Assembly: GCA_951406725.2 (NCBI GenBank)
Contig: OX597828.1
Coordinates: 31,620,001 to 31,684,000, forward strand
Source of the DNA: Octopus vulgaris
Lineage: Eukaryota
Length of the DNA stretch: 64,000 bases
Direction: 5' to 3'
In this document: piece after piece, positions 14,185-28,753 of the stretch
How the letters are laid out: each line of letters starts with the position of its first letter
Numbering within the stretch: position 1 is the first letter of the stretch
Notes under the pieces: model-generated
What the model was told of the DNA's origin: nothing
The model's database searches: none
The model's input: the letters and a program-made list of their open reading frames with translations, nothing else
Position numbers and translations under genes: made by a program

Positions 14185-14439
14185 AAAACTGATTTTTATT
14201 AAATACAATAATACGTGAACAATTGGGTCCATCAAAGAAGACAGAAATTAGGTTTATTTCAGTCACTAAAATTGCGAAACCTGGATATCAATTCGTGTGC
14301 ATTTCGTCGACATCTTTCCTTTTTTTAGCTAATTCCCCCATTTCTCACACTGACTGAAAAAGAAACTATGACACAATTTGTTATAAACCAAATAAAGGAA
14401 AGTATTTAAAATATCATATACAATTTTATATAATAAAAT

Positions 14440-14472
<33 letters not shown>

Positions 14473-14523
14473 CTGTATATATATACATTTCATACTACAT
14501 CGATATTTATAATATAACATTGT

Positions 14524-14695
14524 TTGTTCCTTCTCCAGCCATATCTGGCTCATTAGGGCCGGTTTCCCGGTTTACTTGGCGTATAGGTTCCTCACCTGAA
14601 AGAGAAGCCAGTCCGTCGCAGGTGAGCTGCAAGATGCGGGAGGAAAGTGTGAGAGAAAGTTGAGGTGAAAGAGTCAGCAGAAGTTCGCCATTAAC
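14524..14695. mobile_element. Probable interspersed-repeat fragment (GC-richer island)
   Basis: An abrupt GC-rich segment in AT-rich context that resembles a SINE/LINE tail. There is no second copy in the window, so it is unconfirmed. Confidence 0.3.
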
Positions 14696-16781
14696 TATAA
14701 AATATACATATGATGATATATATTATTTTCACATAGCTATGGTTGAGCTTCTTTAATGAATTTTGTGTTTGACAGAATCCCTCTGTGATGAAAAACATTA
14801 CAACTTGGACTGTAAGATTTTTGTTCTTGAAATATTTTATATTCAGAACTAAATTATATAACATTTCTAGCAGCGAAGTAATTCTATATTTACCAGCAAC
14901 ATGAAGGCGCTATTGCATCCCTATATAGCTGGTAAATATATGAAGGAATGAAAAATAAATTGTCAATTTCACCACAACCAGCATCTCCTCTAATCTCCAT
15001 TTCTTTCCTGTAACTGAGTTCTGAGATTACCTGTTTCCGCATTTTAAGGTTTCTATAAAGTTTAAGTTGTTTCTATATCTTTTTATTGAACCTACTTTAG
15101 ATAAATGTAACTATGTTAGTGATAACTTTCTTGAAATATCCATAATTGCATATCGCTATCGGTTCTACGGTCTTCAGCATTGTATCGCGGTAGATATATC
15201 CAAGTAGTTCAAACTAACAACTTCTTTAATTGGATATTTATTTCACAAACTATACATGATCACATTATGAGAGAACATTGCCTTTTGTTTATTCAATTAT
15301 TACACCACTTGAAAAACAAATACAGTTAAAAATTGGAATCTGGGATAAGGAGAGTATTGAAGACGAAGAAAATATTTGGAGCATGAAACAATGAATTTAT
15401 AAATATGGATTATTCTAATACTTGACTGCCTAAAATTTATCAAATTATATAATGTGTCAAATTAACATAAATGACATGGATTAATAAATATACTAAAATA
15501 CATTAAAAAGGGAGAAAAGGCATTATCACCAAGCAACAAGGAAATGGTTTAAAACGTGTTTCGTAATTATTAGACAAGTAAGTTTTCTTTCAATGAAATA
15601 GGGAAATAGCGAGAAATGCATTGAACACGGAAGTTACCCTGATATCGACGCAATTGGTAACGAGTGATACTTAATATGATATTCTCTAGGCGGACGCTGT
15701 TACAAAAAACACAGACGGCGATGGCAATTCTGTTAGAAATACACTTACTTTGAAAAATGTTTTACCATCCGCGAAAACATGAACAGTATAGTATTACTCA
15801 GTACAGATCTAAAGCAAATTATGCAATTTGTTTAGTGGAGATTATATTTATTTACGTTCACATACAAAAGTCTCATGAATTAAAGTAGGAAAAATAACTC
15901 GTGGATCCGAGTAAGTGTTTATATTAAATGCCTCAAGAACTGTTTATTTTTTCATGCGACTTACATATTGATATATTATATTTTGTTTTTAACGTGTATC
16001 TTTTGAAATGTTTATGACATATTTATCGAACAACAATATGATCCGATATGGAATTGGTTTAGACAATCAATATGAAATAACCGCTTAAGGACTACATACT
16101 TTTGATGGCGGGGAATATTTTCCTTACAATACAGCCGTAGCAAATGTACAGTTGTGAGATCGCTATTAACTCTTATTTTATATTATCGGCGTTAGATTTG
16201 TATAAATGTTTCAGAAGTTTTGAGGGATAGTTTAAAAAAATATTCTGGATATCCATACAAAGCTTAATTCGATGCTGTAGAAGGAAGTCGGGCTTGACCA
16301 TCGACATGTGTTATCGATCCTTTGTGATAGAAATCTCGCGAGTAATATGTATATCTATAACATTTATTTCTATATTTCTTTCAATTTCCTTTACTCATGA
16401 TGGGTAAAATCATGCTGGTGTATTATTAAAGTAATCTGTTGTGTTTTTGTTTTTTGGTGAGCTTTCTATGCGTCTAGAGATGCCGTGCATTTTCTGTTGT
16501 ATTCGCTGTTAGTAATAGTAATATCTCTAAATTTCGGTTCAGTGTAGTCATTTGCATATTTCTTACAAAAGATACTGCATGAAAGTATTGCTTTCATATT
16601 TCTTTGAATCGCGCAGGGAAACATAGTAGGGCATCCTAAACAATTTATGAAATAGTTTGTGGTGGAGAGCTAGCAAACCCACAGATATTGAATTGTTAAG
16701 GGGGAGTGTAAATGAAATAAGATATTACCTTCCCCTCTATTTTCCCCCTCCTGTCTCTCCCCATATGCGTATATATATGTA

Positions 16782-16831
<50 letters not shown>

Positions 16832-16897
16832 AGTATGTGTGTGTGTATGTATATATATATATAGAGAGAGAGTGATGGATAGGTGTATCCACATAAG

Positions 16898-16946
<49 letters not shown>

Positions 16947-16995
16947 ATGTATATATATATAGAGAGAGAGTGATGGATAGGTGTATCCACATGAG

Positions 16996-17048
<53 letters not shown>
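16832..17048. repeat. Tandem duplication of a composite microsatellite unit
   Basis: GTATGTGTGTGTGTATGTATATA..GAGAGAGAGTGATGGATAGGTGTATCCACAT(A/G)AGTATG(TA)n occurs twice head-to-tail. Confidence 0.9.
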
Positions 17049-17051
<3 letters not shown>

Positions 17052-17063
17052 TGTGCATTTGTG

Positions 17064-17110
<47 letters not shown>

Positions 17111-19168
17111 GCTTGTACATATATACCGCAGGCATAAAACGCCGTATAATGTTCATATTAATATTATGTGAAAGCTCAAAGAAACTTTATTGAAGTTAAA
17201 AATATGATCTGTAAAAAAAATTTTATTCAATATTTGCTTGAGCAAACAATGGGACACGATGGACGGTTTCTTTAATTTTACCTGAAAAAGCGATGGAACA
17301 TTTTCTAGCGTAATAATCTGGTAAGGTGCAGCGATCATTGAGCATTTTAACAAGATTGGATATCATTAATTTCCTGTATCGCTGATTTAGACTTCCTCAT
17401 GCTAACCACTTTATTATATATTTAATAAAAGCATGGGTGTAGTAGTTTTAAACTGTTCGCAATTTTAACTCGACGATCAATCTTGTGCTACGAACAAGTA
17501 AATAATATTGGACAAAAAGTTTCAAGATATATATTAGAAATTGTTGGCAGGCAAAAGAAATTATTTTTCTTTCTGTAAGTATAATATTTGTATTTCGATG
17601 GAAACAATAAATCTACAATTTCTTTTTAATAATTGTGTATTTTTTGGCTTACGTCGCAATATCTAAATGAAATGCAAATGAAATAGATATGGAAATGTTT
17701 CTTATACTTCATTTATGGAAAATTTTAAATCGAAAATTTGCACTCATTCTTACGGCTGAATTACGAATCTTATTCACACGTGTATATAACTTCTAACACA
17801 CATTTACATATATACATGTACGTATGTATAAGTACTAATAATAAATACATTCGCATACTCCCACACAGAGACAAACACGTCCTAATATGTATACTTATAT
17901 TTGTTTAAGTTAAAAGTATTTCATATTCTTAGTAAATCAATAAAGAGCGATTCACATTCATAACGAAATATCACTGAAACTAAAGCAAATACGAAGCAAA
18001 TACTGTATGCTAAACATTGGACAAGATAAAACTAATACAACAGCTAGGGTAAGCTTCATCAAACATGTGTACTTTACATCTCATAAGTTCGGATTTCTTT
18101 CAAATATTTCTGCATTATTTTCCAGATGAATTGAAAACGAATAGCTTTTTATGAAAGCAGTTATAACTGAATAGTTCTCTCTGCTGCGTCTTGAATATAT
18201 AGCCAGCCTAATGCTAGGTTGCTCATGCAAACATCTTTCATAACTGTTTAAACAGGAAAAATATATCAAATGTTTGTTAGCTAGAGAGAACATACCAGAC
18301 TCAATTTTTATATTAAATCATTGCATTAATACTAAAAATAATAATATAAATAAGCAAACCTGAACATGTAAGAGCACCCATTTATTTCCAGGGGAAGAGC
18401 ATTGAAATTAAATCAAGAAGATATATATTACATTTATGCAGCATGTATAATCATTTAACACCCATAAACTATACAGAAAACAACAAGCTTTCAACACTGT
18501 TTTACTTTATATGTTTATATAAAGATATTGTAAGTTAGATAGAATGGGGCAAGAATATGGGGAGATAATATCTCTGTCTTTGTCTAGAGGATAATAGGAA
18601 TTTTCAATAAGATTATAGGAACCTCTCTTGGTTTATTGGAGAAAATAATACATAACTTAATGGCGAACAAATATATAAGGTTGGGTAATAAAATTTGTAG
18701 GAAGATGCATTTTTTGTGCAGAGTTACAAATAACATTTGGTATTGTAGATTATTTTTATGCGAATCGTAGAAATCTGAATGCGGAAAATTGAATTTTCCT
18801 CGTAGCAAGACATTGTTTACAATGCGTTTTAGTGTATATAATGACAATAAGTAATATGCTGGATCTACTTTAGATAATTATATACGTCACTATTTTTCGC
18901 TAATCTTAATGCAAATATTTTGTCATTTTTGGTCAATAATGTACAGAAAGCAACATGAAAGCATCCCAAAGAAAACCAGACACTGAGGCTCTCTTATAGT
19001 GGTATGCTGTGAGGAAACTGGACTTAGACACCGCCGCTGAGGCCCAAATATGGACTGAAAATCGATTACGTTTATTCCTTGAATTTTTTTCAATCTACAG
19101 AGAAATAGTTAACTTTGCCATGTTGGGACATCTACTTCGTAGGTTTACATGCACTCACATATACTTGT

Positions 19169-19230
<62 letters not shown>

Positions 19231-19801
19231 AGCCCTAAGCCAGCTAGGGTAGAAGGGAACAATTACCAGCCTATGGATTTATACAAGTTCTGCATTGGTG
19301 TGTTGAACGTGTCATTTTTCTGTAATCTGTCTTTGGAAATAAATACATATATCAGACAATCTATAAATTACATATATACACTAAACATACAGACGTAGAT
19401 ACATGGTTACATAAATATATAGACATATATAGGCAGAACATAAATATATATACAAATGCATAATGTATGCACGCACTCACACGTACGCGCACGAGATTTC
19501 CTGGTGTATGATTGTACAAGTTAATTGTAACGGGTGAAAGAAAGAAAAGGAATAAATCAGAGATTAACAAGTGGGGGGAGAAAGAAAGAAAGAAGGAAAA
19601 CACATAAAAGAAAAAGAAACAGAAAACGCACACATAAAATTACATGTATATCTACATATATACAAACATACATACACATACACACACACATATATCCACG
19701 CATACAAATATACAAATAAATATGTACGCAAATAAATGCTAATACATATAAAATGCATATACACATATACATAGACGCATATATATGTATATATATAATA
19801 C

Positions 19802-19858
<57 letters not shown>

Positions 19859-20185
19859 CATGCATGCACATATCTAGAATACATACATCCATACACGTAA
19901 ATATATAGAGACATATCTTCTCTTCACATCAAGATAAATATATACAGCATATCGAATATACGCACACATTAAAAAAAACCTGTCTGGTGTATATATTAAA
20001 ATGTTAATAGAAGAGGAAATTGCACAATAAATTAATATATCATAATTAAATACGTGAGTGAACAATAAAAATATATCTCGGCGAAGCTTAAGCTTAAATT
20101 TGTAAAATCTGATGTCGAAATATGCACTAGCATTGTAATACAAAATAACTATAAGGTGTAAAGTCAAATTCAAATGTAACTTGTT

Positions 20186-21265
20186 TCTTTTATGGATGCA
20201 GAGTTATATATGGATGACGGTCTTATAGTTACCCATAATTTGAACGGTCATGAGGTAGATGAACGTAGGAAGAATCCGATTACTTTCTTTCAATGCATGG
20301 ACTTACGGATTACCATAGAAAATAAACTTAATGACGTAGATTTTTTTAGATATCAACTTAGATTTGCAATTAGATAAATTTAAACCCTACTTTAAGCCCA
20401 TTGAAAAGCTATGTTATATTAGCAAATAATCTAATCATCCACCTGTAATTCTTAAGAACCGAGTTAGTTGTGTAGGAATGCTAATATCATCAATTTCTTC
20501 CAATGAGACAGCATTTCAAAATGCCGCACCGTATTACAGTAATGCATTAAGTAAAAGTGGATTCTCGGAGAAGATCCAGTATAGTCAAGCTAATTCTAAC
20601 GTAGGATTGAAACTAGTTTTATGGTTTAACCCCGCATTTAATATTGCTGTAAAATCTAATATAGATAGGGAATGCTTAACATTAGTTTCTAAGCATTTTC
20701 AATCTAGCCGTAATTTCTATATAATTTTTAATTGAACACTAAAGGTTAGCTATTCTTGTCGCAAAAAAATCCGCCCCTTTTATGAATTAGCATAACACGA
20801 AAATTATTACAAACAACTGCCGCGCCGAATCTAATCTGAAGAACTGTAACTACAAAGATACGACTTGCTGTCTGTTGGAAGCTAAATGTCAAGAAAAAGG
20901 AATTGTTTATAAAGCTAATGTGCAAGTAGATGGCTCATAAGAATATAAAACATACACAGGGTCTTAGGAAAATTTATGCAAGGCTCGATTCTATTCCCAC
21001 CGAGATTAGGACATCAACTAGTCTTGCAGAGTATAACAGGGAATTGAAAGAGAATGACACTCGTTCTGTGAATGTAACCTGGGAATTTCTAGAAAAAGCA
21101 TCAGTATATAGACTTGGCGCTTATGAAAGACCCATGAAATCTAGTCTTTGCCTCTTAGAAAAGTTCTTCATCTTTTTCCAGGATACACATCATTTGAAGC
21201 AGAGACGTGAGTTCTTAAATTCTTGCAGGCATGCCGCGAAGTTTAAAATGTCAACCAATGAATAA
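20186..21265 (+). mobile_element. Decayed Penelope-like element (RT C-terminal half plus GIY-YIG endonuclease), probably Naiad-type
   Basis: Frameshifted pieces read LYMDDGL..DLRITIE..VDF, SNHPP, WFNPAFNIAVKSNI..LVSKHF, IFN*TLKVSYSC, VYKANV, and VTWEFLEKA..LCLLEK..RREFLNSCRHAAKF. The clade assignment is inference from recalled motif patterns. Confidence 0.85.
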
Positions 21266-21492
21266 TCGTATGGGTAAAATGTATTGACTTGCGGAAAATT
21301 GTGACTGTCACATTTGATGTTGCGTATATATGTTATGATGTATATATTTATCTTGTTGTGAAGATATGTCTCTATATATTTATGTGTATGTATTGTAGGT
21401 ATATGTATGTATATGTATGTGTACGTGTATACATTCTCCCTGATAATAAAATACATTTTTTTCTGTAGAATTTTACGCATCAGCACATCGAC

Positions 21493-21600
21493 AAAAGGAC
21501 CCGATAGAATAAGTACTTGGCTGGAGGACAATCGATTTCTTTGATTAAAGACGGTGCTCCAGCATGGCCGCAGTAAAATGACTGAAACAAATAAAAGAAT
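21493..21600 (+). mobile_element. SINE 3' portion
   Basis: CCGATAGAATAAGTAC...AAAGACGGTGCTCCAGCATGGCCGCAGTAAAATGACTGAAACAAATAAAAG. The tail is shared with copies near 10172 and 37276. Confidence 0.7.
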
Positions 21601-21639
21601 ATACATATATAAACATATGTATATATAATATAAATAATA

Positions 21640-21691
<52 letters not shown>

Positions 21692-22085
21692 TAATATATA
21701 TGTATATGCATACATACATCCACATACCTACTTCTCTATGTATATACACACACATCCATATATGGTTACAGGACGTCAAAAAACGTGGACATGAATAACG
21801 AGCACATGTAAGAAGAAAAACATCGAAAACGAGCATTTTTTGGAACAACGAAAGAAACAAACAGTTGCTCCCTGTTTTATCTACTCCGGATTTCGAAAGT
21901 TTTGGGCAAGAGGCACCTTTGTCAAAACAGTCGTTCCCGCAGAGCAAATTAAACGTAATTTGGGATTTGCGGAGGGTTAATGTTGTAACAAAAAGAGAAC
22001 AGTAAAAACAAAACAGCAAAAACAAACGGTAAGGGAGGGAAAACGACAAAGACTCTCGGGAAAAATGAAGTCATATATATATACA

Positions 22086-22195
<110 letters not shown>

Positions 22196-23189
22196 TATAT
22201 GTGTACATATATGTATATATATACATATATATACACACAGCAGGATTCGACAGCATTATTGTAGATAACATATAATTGAAAAACATACATGACAAATTCA
22301 TCTGAGGTGCATTGCAATATATAGTTGTTAAAACGATGTTGATATATCACGAAAGAAGAACAATACCAACAAATGCAGTATTTGTTGTTACGAAGAGAAT
22401 CTATTCGCGCGTGTGTGTAATTATGTTTACCTTTGGATAAAGAATAATTATATGAATTACGTAGCGATACAAATATTTATTTCAACATGTAAGAATATAT
22501 GTCTAGTATCTTGCATTTCAAATGTTTCTTAATAATATCAAGCAAGTATTATCGGAAGCAAAATATAATAATTGGATTTATTCTTCAAAATAATAAAGAG
22601 ATAAAATTCTGAAAATATGTACATGACATTGATTAATTATGGTTGTACGTCACTGATTAAACAATGAGATGATAATTGCGGAGAACGTGATATGCAAATC
22701 AAAGTTTTTAAGAAGTTCGATTGAGAAGCGTTCTGAGTTGTCAATGTTAAAGAGCCGATTATATCAACTTCGTGTTTGTATCTGGTTTGGAAGATTCTTT
22801 ACGTGAATTCATGTGTTGGAACAAATTTTGTTGGGTGAGTCATTAACCCAACACGCACTAGCTCAATTTCAGTCCTTTATTATAAGACAATTGGTTAAAT
22901 ATCGAACTGATTAATTGTTTATTTAATTTGCTTCAACTGTAATTCATCTATTTTGTCTTTGTTTGCCAAAGCACTTTTGTTGCTACTTGTAATTGATTCC
23001 ATGACTTTCGAGTTAGTCCTATACGGAGGCTGCGTTTGTTTGCTTGAGACCTTGTTGCGTGCGTGTGTATGCGTACCAGTGTGCGCGTGTGCTTGCGTAT
23101 GTATGTACGTACGTTTGTACGCATGCATGTGTATCTCCTGCACATTCATATATCTGCGTATATGTGCGTGCTTATGCGTTTGTGTATAA

Positions 23190-23516
23190 CTGTATGTGTG
23201 TATGTGTGTGTGTGTGTGTGCGTATTTATGTGTGCTCTTCTGCTTCCTTGTGCGTGTTTGAGCGTGTCGATGCATATGGGTTTGTGTGTGTATACCTATG
23301 GTTGCAATGTGTGTGTGTGTGTGTGTGTATGCACATGCTTTTCTGTCGCCTTGTGTGTGGGTTTGTATTTACATGTTTATTCATACTACCTCTGTACATA
23401 CCTACCTATCTGCTTAATTATCTATGTATTTATATATCCCTCTATCACTCTCTCTCTCTCTATTTATCTATCTACCTACCTACATACATACATACCTACA
23501 TACCTACCTATCTACA

Positions 23517-23559
<43 letters not shown>

Positions 23560-23810
23560 TTATTTATCTATCTATCTATCCATCTATCTAGCTACATATC
23601 ATCAATCTATCTATCTGTTTCTGTCTGTCTATCAAGAAATATATCAATCTATCTGTCTGTCTATCTATCTATCTGTTTATGTATCCTGTCCATCTATCTA
23701 TCTGTCTATATACCTGCTTACCTACTTATCTACATCTCTACCTACCTACGTATTTGCTTGCCTGCCTACCTGCCTGCCTACCTACCTACTTACTTAACTG
23801 TATACTTACG
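23190..23810. repeat. Low-complexity block: (GT)n, (CTAT)n, (CCTA)n
   Basis: Directly visible. It explains the long spurious ORFs at 23044-23829. Confidence 0.95.
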
Positions 23811-24126
23811 AATGTACCTTTGTTGTTAGGATGCCTTGTAGGGTTTTGCATATATACCTTTGTTGTATGGAGTTAGCTGTATCTAGGATGCTCTCCGTCG
23901 TGCTCCCCTTGATTTGGTCATAATGGTTTGCTAATAACTAGAATATTGATGTCACCTGCATACCTACAAAGAAATTCCTGCGCGCGCACACTCACATAGA
24001 TATGCACACGGACAAAGACTCACCCATCAAACAAACGAGCGTACATTCACACTCAGAGGGAAAGGGAGAGTCCAGGAAAATGGACTTCATTTCGCCCACT
24101 TCCTGGTCATAGTCATTATCTTCATT

Positions 24127-24127
<1 letters not shown>

Positions 24128-24183
<56 letters not shown>

Positions 24184-24400
24184 ATACTACTACTACTACT
24201 ACTGCTGTTGCTGCTGCTGCTGCTGCTGCTACTACTACTACTCCTACTACTACTACCACCACTACTACCACCACCACCACCACTATCACCACCATTACTA
24301 CTACTACTACTAGTACCACCAACACCATTGCTACTACAACCACCAACACCATTACCACCACCACTACTACCACCCCACCAACACCACCACCATTAATACT
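24128..24400. repeat. Compound trinucleotide microsatellite (CTA)n/(CTG)n/(CCA)n
   Basis: Directly visible. Confidence 0.97.
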
Positions 24401-24521
24401 GTTACTACGACTGCTGGTTGTATTAGTAGTATTAGTAGTTGTTTGTTGCCGTTTCGTGTTCAATGAGAGCGTGGATCGAACGATCGCCTCTTTTCCATTG
24501 GAGATCACACTACCTACTTAC

Positions 24522-24570
24522 ATCTGCTTGCATCGACGTATGGTATTTCCATCTGGAACATGATTTTCAT
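24522..24570 (-). CDS. Candidate first coding exon segment of an unidentified host gene (MKIMFQMEIPYVDASR, phase 1)
   Basis: There is an ATG at 24570 with an upstream in-frame TAA. The frame stays open up to the consensus donor AT|GTAAGT at 24521. The sequence is unique and non-repetitive, but no homology is recognised. Confidence 0.3.
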
Positions 24571-25009
24571 ACGTTGCGTATGTTACACAAAGAGGATTAA
24601 GATGGAAATGTGCGCTCTTTTATGCTGCAGTTTGTTTCGTTTTCCACACTTGTCCGGTTTCACCTACCTGTGCCAGCTTTCGCTGCAATGACTCACCTGT
24701 AATCAAAATTTATCACCAACTTACATGGGTTTCATTCGTCCTCCAGTGACAACTGATATTTTATGCTCAAAACAAACAAAAAAATTACTGAATGCATCAT
24801 TGTATGTGTTGTTGTTGATTGGAAAATAATAGTCAGACCATTTCAGAGGGCAACTTCTGGTGGCTAAAGGGAAAATTGCGGGCCATTTTAATCTCTACAG
24901 ATCGTCACTTCGGTCTTCGTTTTCTCTCCACAGTACCAACATTTCATTCTCTCTTTCTTTATTTCTTTGTTTCTTTCTTTTTTCTTTCTTCCTTGCTCCT
25001 TGCTCTCTC

Positions 25010-25011
25010 GC

Positions 25012-25060
<49 letters not shown>

Positions 25061-25282
25061 TTATCTATAGCCCTGTGTGGCTAATAAAGAAACATATCTA
25101 TCTATTTATATAACTATCTATCTATCCATTCTTGCATCCTTGTATTTGGCTAGCTATCTATCTATCGATTTATCTATCTATCTATATCTCTCTCTGTATG
25201 TCTGTTTGTCTGTCCATCCCACCATCTATCCATCCATTCATCTATCCAACCATCCATCCAACCATCCATCCATCCATCTATG

Positions 25283-25326
<44 letters not shown>

Positions 25327-25500
25327 AATTTATCTATCTATCTATCGATTTATCTATCTATCCAGTTATCTGTCTGTCTGTGTGTTTAACTGTCTGTCTC
25401 TCAGTCCATCTCACCATTCATCCATCCATCTCTCCATCCATCTCTCCATCCATCCATCCATCCATCCATCAATTTATACATGTATCTATCTCTCCCTCTC
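25010..25500. repeat. (CTAT)n/(CCAT)n tetranucleotide block
   Basis: Directly visible. Confidence 0.95.
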
Positions 25501-26240
25501 TTCGCCGCATACTATTTTTCTTTTCGTATATTTCGGCCTCTTCTACAACATTGCATTAGGACATGAATCAACTGCATATCTCTTACACTGTACATTCCTG
25601 TACATCCAGAGCTCACACATCAACAAATAACAATAATCGCTTTGATTTCTTTCGTTATATCGTCTCATCCGTAGCGATTTCAAATACAATAAACGCATTC
25701 CTATGCATATTAAATGCTGTAATTCCTTGCACCCGGATGCATATTCTTACTGTTCGTGTATAGCATATATTGAAACAGGCTCAACCACGCCGTCATCAGT
25801 GAACAATAGAGGATTATTCCCACGTCATAGTAGTTCTAAACATTCTGTTTTTAACACTGATTTCAGTGTACGCTCTTCAGTCATCTCTTTCACTTGACTA
25901 TGTAAGAGCCATTATAAACAATGCTTTCACAAATCAATTCTATTTTGTTTCCAAAATTTAATTGAATAATGATTAATTTCGGAAATTCGAACTCTTGTCT
26001 GTTCCGTTCTTATAGAGAAATGTTAATTACATTTTACTCATTTTCTAGCTGTTTATTTCTCTCTATATATATATATATGTTTGTTTGCTTTTATGTCTAA
26101 ACTCTTTGAAAATTCCATTACGTTAAGTTCGCGTAGACTATAGAATACAATTTAAACTTTTTGACAGAGAGAAAATGTGCAAGGTTACCTCGTATAAACA
26201 GATAGAGAGAGATAGAGAAACTATCTGTCTTTCTGTCTGA

Positions 26241-26310
<70 letters not shown>

Positions 26311-28753
26311 CACGCATACACATGTTTCTGCGTGAATCCCCGCCTTTGTACATGTTTAGGCCATTCTGAAAAAAAAAACAATGTTATTTTGTTGTGACAA
26401 GTTGTCTCATAAATACCACACTGGATATGCGCCTAGATAAGCGCAATGCACGAAAACTTTTCAAACATTGCCCAAGATTTGGCGAAGTCAAACGATTTCA
26501 GCGATTAACACTGTAATTTCTAAAAATCTGTGTTGCTTGTAAAAATAATTTTCAACATACTTCACTTATCAGTCATACTGGAATAAATTTGAATAATTAA
26601 AAGAAAAAAATGTTGTGTTAGACCACTTGGATTTCCATTTTCATCATATTATAGCAGTAGATTTAGAGTTAAAGATCAGTTGCTACATTGTACACGATTT
26701 TAAAGGTGAAGAAAACTGTTGATGCATACAAGTACAATACAAAAGGCATAGACACACACACTCATGGCACAAGTACTTACCTAAAAAAAAAAGACTTCTC
26801 ACATAGACACCGAGTAGTGTACGTGTATGCTGGTTTCTACTTGAGTGTAATTATATATTTTTCTTTCATTATATCTGCATGTACGGTAACGTAGGTATAA
26901 CATAATTGTGTACAAATTAACATTCAGAAGCTCATTTTTGTGCACCATACGTACACAGTTAACCTAATAAACCAATTGTATGTCGTATACGTGGTGACTG
27001 GAACAAGACTGAAGAGAAAGGATGCGCCTACGTACAAATTCCCCCTCTTTCTATCTCTCTGTCTCTCTCTCTATATATATATATAATGCTCTCCCCCACA
27101 CACGCATATATATACAACATATACGTATGTTTTTACATACACGTATATATATATATGTCAATGCATAAAAGCATTTCCATTCTTCTCGAGCGCTAAACTA
27201 ATACACCTGCTTGTTATTCCTTCACCTGTCCTCGTCTTTTGTAAATTTGAAGTATATATATATATATATATATACAAACATATATATATATATTATATAT
27301 ATGGATGTATGTATATATGTCTATCTTCCTACACATATATATGTGTGTGTGTGTGTGTTACGCATTGTGTCTCCGGCTTCGTACGCAACCATTTATATGG
27401 AAGGATAAGACTGCATTGCATATTCAACAAAAACAATCTATAGCTTATAATAAATTCTCCGATGAAATACTTTCTTACTGCATTTGAAATGATATTGGAT
27501 AATATAAGATTGTATTCCTCTTACTCGTATTAATTCGACAAAAGAAGGGAGTAAAATTGTAAAAATATTGGATGATGATATGAACGAGATATATACATAC
27601 AATATACCTTTTATCTTAGACGCTTTCTTATTCTGTTATATGAAACATACACTGAGAGTGAAATGAAGATTATATGTAGATTATATATAGTATTTGTGTA
27701 TTGTTAGATTGCATTTAATCCGAAACTCGTGAACTTACCAAACACACATTTAGAATATAATCTAGAGAGGAGAATAGGAAAATTTCAAATCTATATATCC
27801 GGTGTTCGTAAAATATCTACAAAGCAAAAGCAAAATATAAACTTTAGACGGTATTTATAGAAACAAAATTCGATGTTTGAGGAAAGGATAATACAGAAAA
27901 TGGAAACGTATAGGAATTAAAAATTCATTTACCAATGATATGAAGAGACGTACACCCAGGGATTGCTCAGATAAATAATGATAAAAAAAGAAGAATATGA
28001 AAAAATATTGTGAACTACAGATTATTTTTTTTCAATATTTATAATAGAAAAACTAAATCTTCCTATGTCGGGAAATATTTATGTAGAAAATGGGGAGCGA
28101 TACCATTATCTTATGCTGCAAAATATTTTATACATTTTATACTACAAGAGTTATTAATTTCCTTTAAGTCGTACTAGAGAGATTTGGTTGAATATTTCAA
28201 ACCTACTCTAGCATTTTACTCGTATGGCATACTTCTTGAGGTAGTTTTAGAGAGTATAGTGTAAAATCGATAGGGATTCTCTTTCATCCATATAATATAT
28301 GTTTAGAATTATTAAGACCTGAAAAGCTTGATATTAGATTATCTTTTACTTCAATGGCTAATACGGCATGAACACGTGCTAACCTGTTATAACCATTATG
28401 CCTATGTCTAGGTGGAAGGATTGTTAATAATTGAGAATTCTAACGTGACCAGAACAAAAGCCATACATGTATACATACATACTTATTGAACGTTGAGGAT
28501 GCGTCCGTGAGTGTGCGTGTCTGTGTGGATATGTATATAGCTGTGGAGTATTAAAACTTGTCTGGCTTCATTTACTTGCACAAAGATGGGTAGATTCACG
28601 ATGAAATAATTTCGTCTCTGTCTTTAAAAAGCAACATTTCATTTCGTTTTGTTACAAAACAAATCAAGTACGAAAAATGCGAATGCTGTGCGCGCTTCTT
28701 AGACATTTGTTCATTTATGGAAATGCTGCCTTAACTTAGTCTCTAAATGCATG

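Noticed and set aside
20733-20735. In-frame TGA in the Naiad-like PLE as selenocysteine
   Set aside because: It falls where Arg is expected (IFNR), so it is likely CGA>TGA decay. The element has other stops and frameshifts, and no SECIS was seen.
23044-23829. Long ORFs (261 and 244 aa) and the many poly-I/L/Y, YIYI, CVCV and LSIY ORFs across the window
   Set aside because: They are translations of stop-poor microsatellites and show no domain signal.
27600-27900. Very decayed LINE-like traces (also about 1780-2150 and 18500-18850, minus strand)
   Set aside because: Only isolated motif echoes across many frameshifts are visible. They cannot be supported without a profile search.
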